From Aliivibrio fischeri ES114 (GTDB lineage Bacteria > Pseudomonadota > Gammaproteobacteria > Enterobacterales > Vibrionaceae), in assembly GCF_000011805.1 (NCBI RefSeq), contig NC_006840.2: a stretch of DNA of 32,000 nt. One strand, 5' to 3'. Under the pieces are notes generated by a model, which saw only the letters and a program-made list of their open reading frames with translations, searched no databases and had not been told where the DNA came from. The position numbers were made by a program, and so were the translations under genes. Shown piece by piece: positions 19,362-27,999 of this stretch (positions within the stretch are counted from its first letter, which is position 1; each line of letters starts with the position of its first letter).

Positions 19362-19389
19362 CCCCAAAACGTTATAGAACGTTTCGGGG
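19362..19389. terminator. possible hairpin/attenuator between NRAMP and DUF969 genes
   Basis: CCCCaAAACGTT-ata-GAACGTTTcGGGG near-perfect dyad, but only a weak T-tract. Confidence 0.4.
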
Positions 19390-19487
19390 CATTTAACGAG
19401 TATATTCAAAAATAAGTAGATGAGAAGTTTTTAAATATTTTTTATTATTAATTTGTGCTAAATATTTAAGAAAATGTGCCTCATCGG

Positions 19488-20735
19488 TTAAATAAGCAAC
19501 ATGTATAAGGTATATACACTCATTGCAGCCATCATTGCTGTAATTAACCACCCAAACACCGACATCCATACTGGGTGCTTATAATCTCCAACAATTTGTG
19601 CTTTCTTTGCCGCTATTAACATAATGCCTAAGGTAACAGGTAGAATGAATCCGTTTAGAGCACCAGCAACAATTAGAAGAACAACAGGCTTACCGATAAA
19701 GCAGAAGATAAAAGTAGAGATAACAATAAAACCAATAATAAATTTACGAGAGTGCAAATCAATCATCGGATGCAATGTCTTCAAAAACGATACGGATGTA
19801 TATGCAGCACCGATAACGGAAGTAATGGCCGCAGCCCAAAGAACTAAACCGAAAATTTTATAACCTATGTTTCCGGCAGCGTGTTGGAACATAGATGCAG
19901 GCGGGTTTGAAGGGTCCAAAGTTACCCCTGTACTTATTACCCCTAACGCCGCTAAAAACAAAATAACACGCACGATTGAAGCTACGCTAATCGCAGAAAC
20001 TGAGCCTCGATTCACTTGTGGCAGCGCTTCTTTTCCTGTTACTCCAGCATCAATTAAGCGGTGTGCCCCTGCAAAAGTAATATAGCCACCAACCGTACCA
20101 CCAACTAGCGTGATGATTGCAAGAACGTTTAATTTTTCAGGCCAAACTGAACGATACAATGCCTCTCCAATTGGTGGAGACGTTGAGAAAAGAACATATA
20201 GAGTCATTACTATTAATGCGGCACCCATTAAAATAGTAAAACGGTCCATTACTTTAGCTGCATCTTTTAACATAAAAATGGCCACAGCAATAACGGCACT
20301 GATTGAGGCCCCTGCTACCGGAGAAATGCTCGGGAATAACACGTTCATCCCCATCCCTGCACCACCAATGTTTCCGATATTAAATGCTAACCCACCTAAA
20401 GCTACGGTTCCTGCAATTGCATAACCTAAACCGGGAAGTAAATCATTTGCTATATCCTGAGCGCGCTTTTTGGAAACAACGATTACACGCCAAATATTTA
20501 ATTGAGCACCAATATCTAAAATAATAGAAACCAGAATAACAAACGCAAAACTAGCCCCTAATGTTTGTGTAAATACTGTTGTTTGAGTTAAAAAACCGGG
20601 ACCAACTGCTGAGGTTGCCATCAAAAAGGCAGCGCCCATTATCAATGACCAACTAACACCTGAACTTCTCGGCAGCTGTCCTTCCTTTGTGGACGCATTT
20701 GACGACTCACTCATGACTTTTTCTGATGACATATC
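19488..20735 (-). CDS. NRAMP-superfamily transporter
   Basis: GAAFLMATSAVGPGFLTQTTVFTQTLGASFAFVILVSIILDIGAQLNIWR plus a gapless 11-TM-type profile; operon with pxp genes as for Bacillus ycsG. Likely start MSSEKVMSESS. Confidence 0.85.
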   Translation of the reverse strand, partial: DMSSEKVMSESSNASTKEGQLPRSSGVSWSLIMGAAFLMATSAVGPGFLTQTTVFTQTLGASFAFVILVSIILDIGAQLNIWRVIVVSKKRAQDIANDLLPGLGYAIAGTVALGGLAFNIGNIGGAGMGMNVLFPSISPVAGASISAVIAVAIFMLKDAAKVMDRFTILMGAALIVMTLYVLFSTSPPIGEALYRSVWPEKLNVLAIITLVGGTVGGYITFAGAHRLIDAGVTGKEALPQVNRGSVSAISVASIVRVILFLAALGVISTGVTLDPSNPPASMFQHAAGNIGYKIFGLVLWAAAITSVIGAAYTSVSFLKTLHPMIDLHSRKFIIGFIVISTFIFCFIGKPVVLLIVAGALNGFILPVTLGIMLIAAKKAQIVGDYKHPVWMSVFGWLITAMMAAMSVYTLYMLLI

Positions 20736-20813
20736 ATTTCCTTTTGTTATCACGTCACTGCATCCTTATTGTTGCAGTAGTTTCTCGTCTATCGACGATA
20801 TTTATTAGAATTA

Positions 20814-21770
20814 TTAAGAGTTATAAGAAGTAAAAAACTGACGTTGAATATGTAACTCAGCTTCTGCACTATGCAGTTCTTTTTCGTAGAACTGAACCGT
20901 TGAACCCGGAACACATTGAGATAAACGACTAATATCAGCGTGTATTACACAACCAATTTTCGGATAGCCCCCAATCGTTTGACGATCACGCATTAGTACA
21001 ATAGGTTGACCATCATTCGGAATTTGTATTGCCCCAAGAGCAATCCCTTCTGAAATCAGGTTATTACGTTGACACTGAATGGCTTCTCCAGATAACCGAT
21101 ATCCCATTCGATCAATGTTATTTGACACGGTATAAACCGTAGAAAAGAATCGTTCACGCTCTTCTGGTAAAAAATCATCATATTGATAACTCGGGATCAC
21201 CCCTACCTTTATATGCTTACCATATGTGGGAATAAAACGATTTGGAACTTGTTTACGTAATCTTGGTTCAGAAAATACCGTTGATAACTGAGATACATCT
21301 ACAGAGTAACGAATAAGAATGTTTGCTTTGAGTGGTTTACCATTTCCTTCAAGGCCGCCTAATCCATCACGAACCACTGTTGCTGTACTGCCTAAAATAT
21401 TATCAATTTTAAATCCCCCACTCACTGATAAATAAGCTCGCAGTCCAGCACTCGCAGCCCCCATTTCAAGCTTATCACCTGAATTAATAGCATAACTCTG
21501 CCAAGGGACTATTGGGTCACCATTTAATTTGGCCTGCATATCCGCACCAGTTAATGCCATTGTGGTTGCCGCATAAAAAGTACAGCTAAATTGCCCTAGT
21601 GTGATTTCAATTTGAGTCGCATTAGGATCATTACCAAGCAACTTATTTGCCCAATCAAACGCATGTTCATCCATTGGACCACCCGGAGTTACACCAACGG
21701 ACTGGTGACCAAATCGTCCTTTATCTTGAAGTAGTGCTAATGGGCCTGTGCTATTAATTCGTAAAGTCAT
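20814..21770 (-). CDS. pxpC: 5-oxoprolinase subunit C / biotin-dependent carboxyltransferase family
   Basis: DKGRFGHQSVGVTPGGPMDEHAFDWANKLLGND, GLGGLEGNGKPLK, MVLMRDRQTIGGYPKIGCVI (FDRTIGGYPKI-type) motifs. Confidence 0.93.
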   Translation of the reverse strand: MTLRINSTGPLALLQDKGRFGHQSVGVTPGGPMDEHAFDWANKLLGNDPNATQIEITLGQFSCTFYAATTMALTGADMQAKLNGDPIVPWQSYAINSGDKLEMGAASAGLRAYLSVSGGFKIDNILGSTATVVRDGLGGLEGNGKPLKANILIRYSVDVSQLSTVFSEPRLRKQVPNRFIPTYGKHIKVGVIPSYQYDDFLPEERERFFSTVYTVSNNIDRMGYRLSGEAIQCQRNNLISEGIALGAIQIPNDGQPIVLMRDRQTIGGYPKIGCVIHADISRLSQCVPGSTVQFYEKELHSAEAELHIQRQFFTSYNS

Positions 21771-22485
21771 TTGTATCCCTCATAGATTCTGATTCACAAG
21801 GTAATTCACCACCCATTTCAATATAGGTTTCACGAGAAATTGAAACAAATGTTACTTTCGCTCCCATCTCAAACAAGGTTAAGTTTTTACGATTAAAATC
21901 AATAAGGTTGACAGGCGTTCTTCCTATTATTTGCCAACCACCAGGTGATGACTTTGGATATATAGCTGTTTGTTGTTCTGCAATAGCTAAACTTCCAGCT
22001 GGCACCATTAAACGTGGTGTGCTTTTTCTAGGGACATGAATTCTAGAATCAGTATTTCCTAAATAAGCAAATCCGGGAGCAAAGCCTATGGCATAAACTC
22101 GGTACGTTTGAGATGAATGTATTGATATCACCTCTTCAAAACTTAATCCTGTGTGGTCACAAATCTCATCAGCATCAAGTGACACTTCTTTTCCATAATA
22201 GACTGGCAGTTCTATTTCTACTGTAGACTTACTCGATTGCATCTTCTGTAAATCAGAAGGTATACACTGATGTAACTGCATCATAAAGCGGCGTAAATCT
22301 ACACTAGAGGTATCATATGTGATTAATATAGATGTGTATGAAGGAACAATATCGACAATAAGTGAACCGATCTCTTGAGTAAAAAGAGTGACTGATTCAG
22401 CAATCATATCAGCGACTTCAGGACTGACTTTATCAGCAAAGGTAAGTAACAAAGTCGATTCATTGACAGCGGATATTTTCATCAT
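21754..22485 (-). CDS. pxpB: 5-oxoprolinase subunit B
   Basis: LPVYYG..(S)LDADEICDHTGLSFEEVISIHSSQTYRVYAIGFAPGFAYLGNTDSRIHVPRKSTPRLMVPAGSLAIAEQQTAIYPKSSPGGWQIIGRT; overlaps pxpC by 17 nt. Confidence 0.94.
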   Translation of the reverse strand: MMKISAVNESTLLLTFADKVSPEVADMIAESVTLFTQEIGSLIVDIVPSYTSILITYDTSSVDLRRFMMQLHQCIPSDLQKMQSSKSTVEIELPVYYGKEVSLDADEICDHTGLSFEEVISIHSSQTYRVYAIGFAPGFAYLGNTDSRIHVPRKSTPRLMVPAGSLAIAEQQTAIYPKSSPGGWQIIGRTPVNLIDFNRKNLTLFEMGAKVTFVSISRETYIEMGGELPCESESMRDTNDFTN

Positions 22486-23225
22486 GACTCCGACTTTGAT
22501 TTTAATTTTTTTCGTAGATATTCAGCCGTAGAGACAGCAAATGGTCCGTCCCCATGAATACACAATGTATCTGCGTGTATTTTTATAATGTCGCCATTTA
22601 AGGTCGTCACACAGCCTTCATCTATTAATTGATTTGCTTGTTTTTGTATGGCTTCATCTGATTGATGGCTTGAACCGGGAACACTTCTTGGGACTAGACG
22701 CCCTTGCTCGTCATATGCTCTGTCTACAAAGGCTTCAAACCAAAGTGTAATGCCATACTCTTTCGCCATATCTACATAACGTTGATGATCAGGAACGGCC
22801 ATAATGACCAAAGGTAACGTCGCATCATATCGCTTCAAGGCTTCTAATAACGTTTGAAGAATAGCGTCATTTTTCATCATTGCGTTATATAATGCGCCAT
22901 GTGGTTTTACATAGCTCAACGAGGTCTGCTGACTTTGACAGACTCCTTCTAACGCACCTAACTGATAGATAAACAGCGCAGCTAAATCGTCTGAATCCAT
23001 TGATATATCACGTCGACCAAAACCTTGAATGTCGTTATAACCAGGGTGAGCTCCAATCGTCACGCCATGCGCCTTTGCCAGTGCAACTGTTTTCATCATG
23101 ACACTTGGATCTGAAGCATGCATACCACATGCAATATTCGCCATATCTAACGCTGGCATCACTGCACTGTCATTACCTAATTGCCATAAACCGAAACTTT
23201 CGCCCATATCACAATTAATTCTCAT
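22482..23225 (-). CDS. pxpA: 5-oxoprolinase subunit A (LamB/YcsF family)
   Basis: MRINCDMGESFGLWQLGNDSAVMPALDMANIACGMHASDPSVM, GAHPGYNDIQGFGRR, YVKPHGALYN, CIHGDGPFAV. Start at internal ATG 23225. Confidence 0.95.
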   Translation of the reverse strand: MRINCDMGESFGLWQLGNDSAVMPALDMANIACGMHASDPSVMMKTVALAKAHGVTIGAHPGYNDIQGFGRRDISMDSDDLAALFIYQLGALEGVCQSQQTSLSYVKPHGALYNAMMKNDAILQTLLEALKRYDATLPLVIMAVPDHQRYVDMAKEYGITLWFEAFVDRAYDEQGRLVPRSVPGSSHQSDEAIQKQANQLIDEGCVTTLNGDIIKIHADTLCIHGDGPFAVSTAEYLRKKLKSKSES

Positions 23226-23273
23226 TCCCTGCTCCTTAATTATTAAATTTGGTAGTAACAATAAATGTATGCT

Positions 23274-24074
23274 TTAAAGCACAGCAAACTCTGAACTTAG
23301 ACGATCAGTGATCAACATTTTTCCCGGAGCATGAGTAATACAAAATGGCGGTCGACTCTGACGAATAACATTTTGTGGTGTAACGCCACACCCCCAAAAA
23401 ACAGGCACTTCATTTGGTTTTATTTCAACGGCATCGCCATAGTTTGGAGTTGATATATCGTTAATTCCAATAAGGCTTGGATCGCCAAAGTGAACTGGCG
23501 CTCCATGCGCTTTAGGAAAACGAGTAGTGATTTGAATAGCACGAATGGCATCAATGGAAGTGAATGGGCGCATTGACACCACATAGTTTCCACTGAACTT
23601 TCCTGATGATTGGCAAGGAATACTGGTGTCATACATTGAGACGTTCTTCCCTTCATCGATATTTCGGATGGATAAACCAGATTGTATTAACGCCTCTTCA
23701 AACGAGAAAGAGCACCCTAAAACAAAAGTAACTAAATCTTCTCTCCATAATGTGGAAAGATCAGAGACTGCGGTTTCAAATTCGCCATCATAAAAAACAT
23801 GATATTCAGGAACGTCAGTTGATAAATCAATATCCCTCCCGATCGATTGCAGGTACTTTTCTCCTGGTTGGGTAACATCAATTAAAGGACACGCCACCGG
23901 ATTTTTTTGACAAAACAGCAAAAAATCGGTTGCCCACTCAGCTGGTAATATAACAAGGTTAGCTTGTAAATATCCTGCAGCACAACCCGTTGTCGAACCC
24001 GTAAATTGATTATTTCTAATAAGATTACGCAATTCTTTAAGAGGCAGTGTATTGAGCGATAGTCCTTGATCCAT
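23274..24074 (-). CDS. DUF1445 / YcsI (UPF0317) family, putative hydro-lyase
   Basis: [83 protein letters not shown]. Confidence 0.88.
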
Positions 24075-24220
24075 ATAACAATCCTTTCGTTATTTGTAAT
24101 TTTATCGTTAACCAAGAGTTACATTACTGCTTATTTATATAATGTCTATTCGTATTTTTCTGCTATTCTTGATAAAAAAAATTTATCACCCCTCAACAAA
24201 TTAATAAAAGAGAGGCTTAA

Positions 24221-25114
24221 ATGCTCAATTTAAAACAGCTGGAAACGTTTGTCTGGATAGCGCATTTGGGGAGTTTTCGCCAAGCAGCAAAGCATTTATG
24301 TACAACACAGCCTGCCATCTCTACGCGTATTGCAAATCTCGAAGAAACACTTAATACGGCATTGTTTTATCGTGATACTGGTTCAATTTCATTAACAGCC
24401 AAAGGACGTGAATTATTACCTTTAGCCGAAAAGTTATTGAGCAACGCCGATCAATTACAAGTTTTAGCAAACAGTGCTGAAGCAATATCTGGGATTTTAC
24501 GGATTGGAGTTTCTGAAACGGTTGTACATACATGGTTACCGCACTACTTAGCGCTTATTCATCAGAATTTACCTCACTTAGAGGTAGAGCTTATCGTTGA
24601 TGCCACCATAAATTTACGAAAAGAATTGCTAGCACGAAATATTGATATCGCGATTTTATTAGGAGTAGTTGATGAACCGAATGTGGTTAGTCAAGCCATC
24701 TGTAATTACGATTTACACTGGGTGGCAAGCCCTGCATTACAACAAACACAAAAGAATAAAGTACTTAACTTTGCTCAGTGGCCATTGATTACCTACGCCC
24801 GAAACACGTCACCATACTATGAAATAGAACGTTATTTTAATACGCACAATAATCAAGCAACACGCTTCTACTCTGCAAGTTCTCTATCCGCTAGTATTAG
24901 ACTCGCTGAGAGTGGCATTGGTATCGCTATCCTACCTAAAGAAGTCATACATACTTCTCTACAAAACAATACGCTAGAAATAATTGAAGCAGACTGGTCA
25001 CCAAGTCCGCTTCAATTTTCTGTTGCTTATATTGATACGCCAGTAAATCTGATGACAATGGAGTCAGTTAAACTTACTTTTGAGGCCGTGAAACAATATA
25101 AAAACGTTAACTAA
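24221..25114 (+). CDS. LysR-family transcriptional regulator
   Basis: N-terminal HTH MLNLKQLETFVWIAHLGSFRQAAKHLCTTQPAISTRIANLEETLNTALFYRDTGSISLTAKGRELLPLAEKLL; divergent from the pxp operon. Confidence 0.93.
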   Translation: MLNLKQLETFVWIAHLGSFRQAAKHLCTTQPAISTRIANLEETLNTALFYRDTGSISLTAKGRELLPLAEKLLSNADQLQVLANSAEAISGILRIGVSETVVHTWLPHYLALIHQNLPHLEVELIVDATINLRKELLARNIDIAILLGVVDEPNVVSQAICNYDLHWVASPALQQTQKNKVLNFAQWPLITYARNTSPYYEIERYFNTHNNQATRFYSASSLSASIRLAESGIGIAILPKEVIHTSLQNNTLEIIEADWSPSPLQFSVAYIDTPVNLMTMESVKLTFEAVKQYKNVN

Positions 25115-27999
25115 TTTAACAAAGAAGGATATCCCCAACCGTTTTCATTTTTTATCACTTTTTCTTCGGTTAAATATTGATACAGTGTTGGAGCTAAAGA
25201 ACCGTTCTCTTCAATGATAAGTGGTGCCATCTTATTCTTTATAGGCTTACCCCAAAACCCTAAGAACGCATCTTTCTCTAAATAATGCTCTCCCGCATGA
25301 CGACCTGGCACCTTGGTGTTAAAGCCAACACCAAACTTAGGAAATAAATTGATCGTTCCTGCTCTGTCTTCTTCGTACAAATAGGCTAATTGGTTTACCA
25401 CATCAGGACGAGCTGTAAATGATGTTAATGTTCGCCATTCTTGCTCTGTACACCATGAACTATCTTCATTAGCATCAGCTGAGATCATGCAACGTTGGTA
25501 TAGTTCATCATATTGCTTTTGTTCAGTCTCGTTTAACTGTGGTTTATAGATATTAAGTACATCGACCTCAAGTAATTGAGATGAGCCAGCAACAGGTTGA
25601 TAAAACAGTCGGTTGCCCTTCTTAGAGATCAATTCATCAACTCTTATGTCGTCTTTAAATCCAATAACTCGTATCTGACATTCATCTAACGAACAAGGTG
25701 TTTCTCTCACAACTAAATAATCTAACGACTCTTTTAAACGTGAAGCAATTTCATTCACAATATTAATCGGTTGATCTTCAGGTGCATTAACGGGTATCCA
25801 TGTTGTGAGTTCGCTATACGTAGGTTGTACTTTCCATCCTTGTTGAGAATTAAAAAAGTCCATCATAAAATTACCACCAGCAGTAGAAGCCACAACAACA
25901 TCAACCTCTTTATTACTCTCATAATTTAAGGCATTCGTAATTTTTGGACCCTCTCCTTCATCCGATGATATTTTCTTAATGACTAAAGGGTAATCTAGCT
26001 CAGCCTGAAGCGTTTCAAATACTTGTTTCTCAGGGTTTAATGAATAATAAACTGGAGCCAAACCATGATCACCCGCCATTCCCCACAACGTGCGATCATA
26101 AACATTAGCGGATTTATACACATCTGAAATTTGCGTTAACCAATAATCCAAGCGGTTAAGCTCCCCCGTTGGCATCAATATTTCATCACTAAAAGGGCCA
26201 GTAAAATGAGCAAAGTGATCTGGCCATGGGTTATAAATAAGAGCGTAATCCGGCATCCCTTTTTGCTCTAACTTAGAGAGCGTTTCTAATTCTTGCTGAA
26301 TCTTCCATTTCTGTGTGAGCTTACTGTAAATATCCAACACAAAAATATTTTGATAAATGCCAATCTCTTCAATTAGCTCTGCTCTCATTTCTGTTATGGT
26401 TTTTTCTGTTTTTGCTCTTTGAGTTAATTCACGTAAACACCGTTTTTCCCCAAAATCACGCAGGCTTTCTCCTGCCCCTAAATTAACTAAACCATCGTAA
26501 GTTGTATGTGCATTCCAATCATACTGAGCATTGCAGTTGAGCGTAACTAAGTAATCTAGGCGATCAAACATAGTTTGAACTTTATTTGCATCCATTAATC
26601 GATCTAACTGCAACGCATCATTACCAAAAAAGTAATAGGCTCGGTCATCTTGTCTGTCAACAAAGTGGAAATTAGGGATCCCAGTTCCTCCCTCGCCAGA
26701 TACCTTTGCTCCTGTTTTGATTATTGGTAAATTACGAACGCTTATCGTAGGTGTTGATGAAATGCCAACATTAACAATGCTCTTTTCATACTCTTGATAT
26801 AACTGACTAAAAAAAGGCAAATAGTTTGGGTCTTGATAACCCTTTTCTATCATGGTTTTTAAGAAAGTAAGTTGCTGTTCATGCTCAGGTTGAGAAGTTG
26901 GCTCCCCCTGAGGCTTATATTCATTGCGATTTAAGTGGTCTTGATATATCTGCTTTAAAAACGTTTTTTCTGTTGGTGTAACTAAGCCTTCAATAAGTCC
27001 TTGTTGCAGGCCATCTACCGTAACTTGTACGGCCAATCGACGCTGTTGACGTGATGCTAAATATGCAACTAAGGTGTCAGGGTTGTCTTTAAATGTTTCT
27101 TGTAACCACGAGTTTAATGCAATTTGTCGTTGCTCTTGATACACAAATTGACGATAAGATTTCAGCACGTTAAGACGAACAAAATCAATCAATGTTATGG
27201 TCAGGGCTTCTGCTTTATTATTTACTTTGTTTTTATTCTCGGGTTTACCATCTGCAATAATAAGCTCTAATGCACTTCGCATCTCTCCCTTATCCATACC
27301 AAGCACAGATTTCTCTAAACCAGATAATATAATTGGCTGAATCTTATCGATAATGGCTTTGTCTTCCGGGCTATCTGAAAGATACGTATAGCGATCCGGT
27401 AAGGTATTAAGATCTTTCCACTCACCAATTTGAACCAATTCATCATAAACCACTACCATATTGGCGATAAATTTACGATCAACCTTCAATCCTTGATGAT
27501 GTCCTTCTGATGGTTTCGATGCATCTTCTTCTTTTTGAAGCTCATTAAGTGTGAACAAAGAATGGCTAAAACGCTGTAATTCTTCTTCACTGTATTTAGT
27601 TTTTAAATAAGCTTTAAACGCATCTTCATTATCCATGTTTCCGTATTTATCAACGAAAGTATAAAGAAAATGCCCAAGAGGAATGGCGTAATAAGGATTA
27701 GATAATTGTGCAATAACGCGTTTTTTGACGCTACTATCAAGCGGTAGAGATAAAATGTAAGCATCTAGCGTAAGGCCTGCAATAGTAAAAATAGCAGCGT
27801 CACGAACGGTGGTTGTCGTATAAGTAATAGAATCATTGATTTGATGTTTTAAGATCTCGCTTGAATTAACAATACCGCCAACAACAGGCACTGCACTGAT
27901 ATTTGCGGAACATGGCAAGCTCAACATAGAAAATGATAACGCACTCATTCCTAATAACGACGACACCGTTCTTTTTTTCACTTTAATTTCCTTTTCCAT
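25111..27999 (-). CDS. large exported/membrane-associated alkaline-phosphatase-superfamily-like protein
   Basis: MPDYALIYNPWPDHFAHF (Dx…DHxxH) and LWGMAGDHGLAPV (GDHG) resemble metal ligands of the phosphatase/sulfatase fold; N-terminal hydrophobic segment SSLLGMSALSFSMLSLPCSANISAVPVVGGIV. Start at ATG 27999. Confidence 0.65.
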   Translation of the reverse strand: MEKEIKVKKRTVSSLLGMSALSFSMLSLPCSANISAVPVVGGIVNSSEILKHQINDSITYTTTTVRDAAIFTIAGLTLDAYILSLPLDSSVKKRVIAQLSNPYYAIPLGHFLYTFVDKYGNMDNEDAFKAYLKTKYSEEELQRFSHSLFTLNELQKEEDASKPSEGHHQGLKVDRKFIANMVVVYDELVQIGEWKDLNTLPDRYTYLSDSPEDKAIIDKIQPIILSGLEKSVLGMDKGEMRSALELIIADGKPENKNKVNNKAEALTITLIDFVRLNVLKSYRQFVYQEQRQIALNSWLQETFKDNPDTLVAYLASRQQRRLAVQVTVDGLQQGLIEGLVTPTEKTFLKQIYQDHLNRNEYKPQGEPTSQPEHEQQLTFLKTMIEKGYQDPNYLPFFSQLYQEYEKSIVNVGISSTPTISVRNLPIIKTGAKVSGEGGTGIPNFHFVDRQDDRAYYFFGNDALQLDRLMDANKVQTMFDRLDYLVTLNCNAQYDWNAHTTYDGLVNLGAGESLRDFGEKRCLRELTQRAKTEKTITEMRAELIEEIGIYQNIFVLDIYSKLTQKWKIQQELETLSKLEQKGMPDYALIYNPWPDHFAHFTGPFSDEILMPTGELNRLDYWLTQISDVYKSANVYDRTLWGMAGDHGLAPVYYSLNPEKQVFETLQAELDYPLVIKKISSDEGEGPKITNALNYESNKEVDVVVASTAGGNFMMDFFNSQQGWKVQPTYSELTTWIPVNAPEDQPINIVNEIASRLKESLDYLVVRETPCSLDECQIRVIGFKDDIRVDELISKKGNRLFYQPVAGSSQLLEVDVLNIYKPQLNETEQKQYDELYQRCMISADANEDSSWCTEQEWRTLTSFTARPDVVNQLAYLYEEDRAGTINLFPKFGVGFNTKVPGRHAGEHYLEKDAFLGFWGKPIKNKMAPLIIEENGSLAPTLYQYLTEEKVIKNENGWGYPSLLN

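Noticed and set aside
19624-20424. Three plus-strand ORFs (72-104 aa) opposite the NRAMP gene
   Set aside because: Shadow ORFs of a long conserved transporter gene with no recognisable family.
23420-24115. Minus-strand track ORFs 23420-23656 and 23882-24115
   Set aside because: They overlap the DUF1445/YcsI gene in another frame and lack family features.
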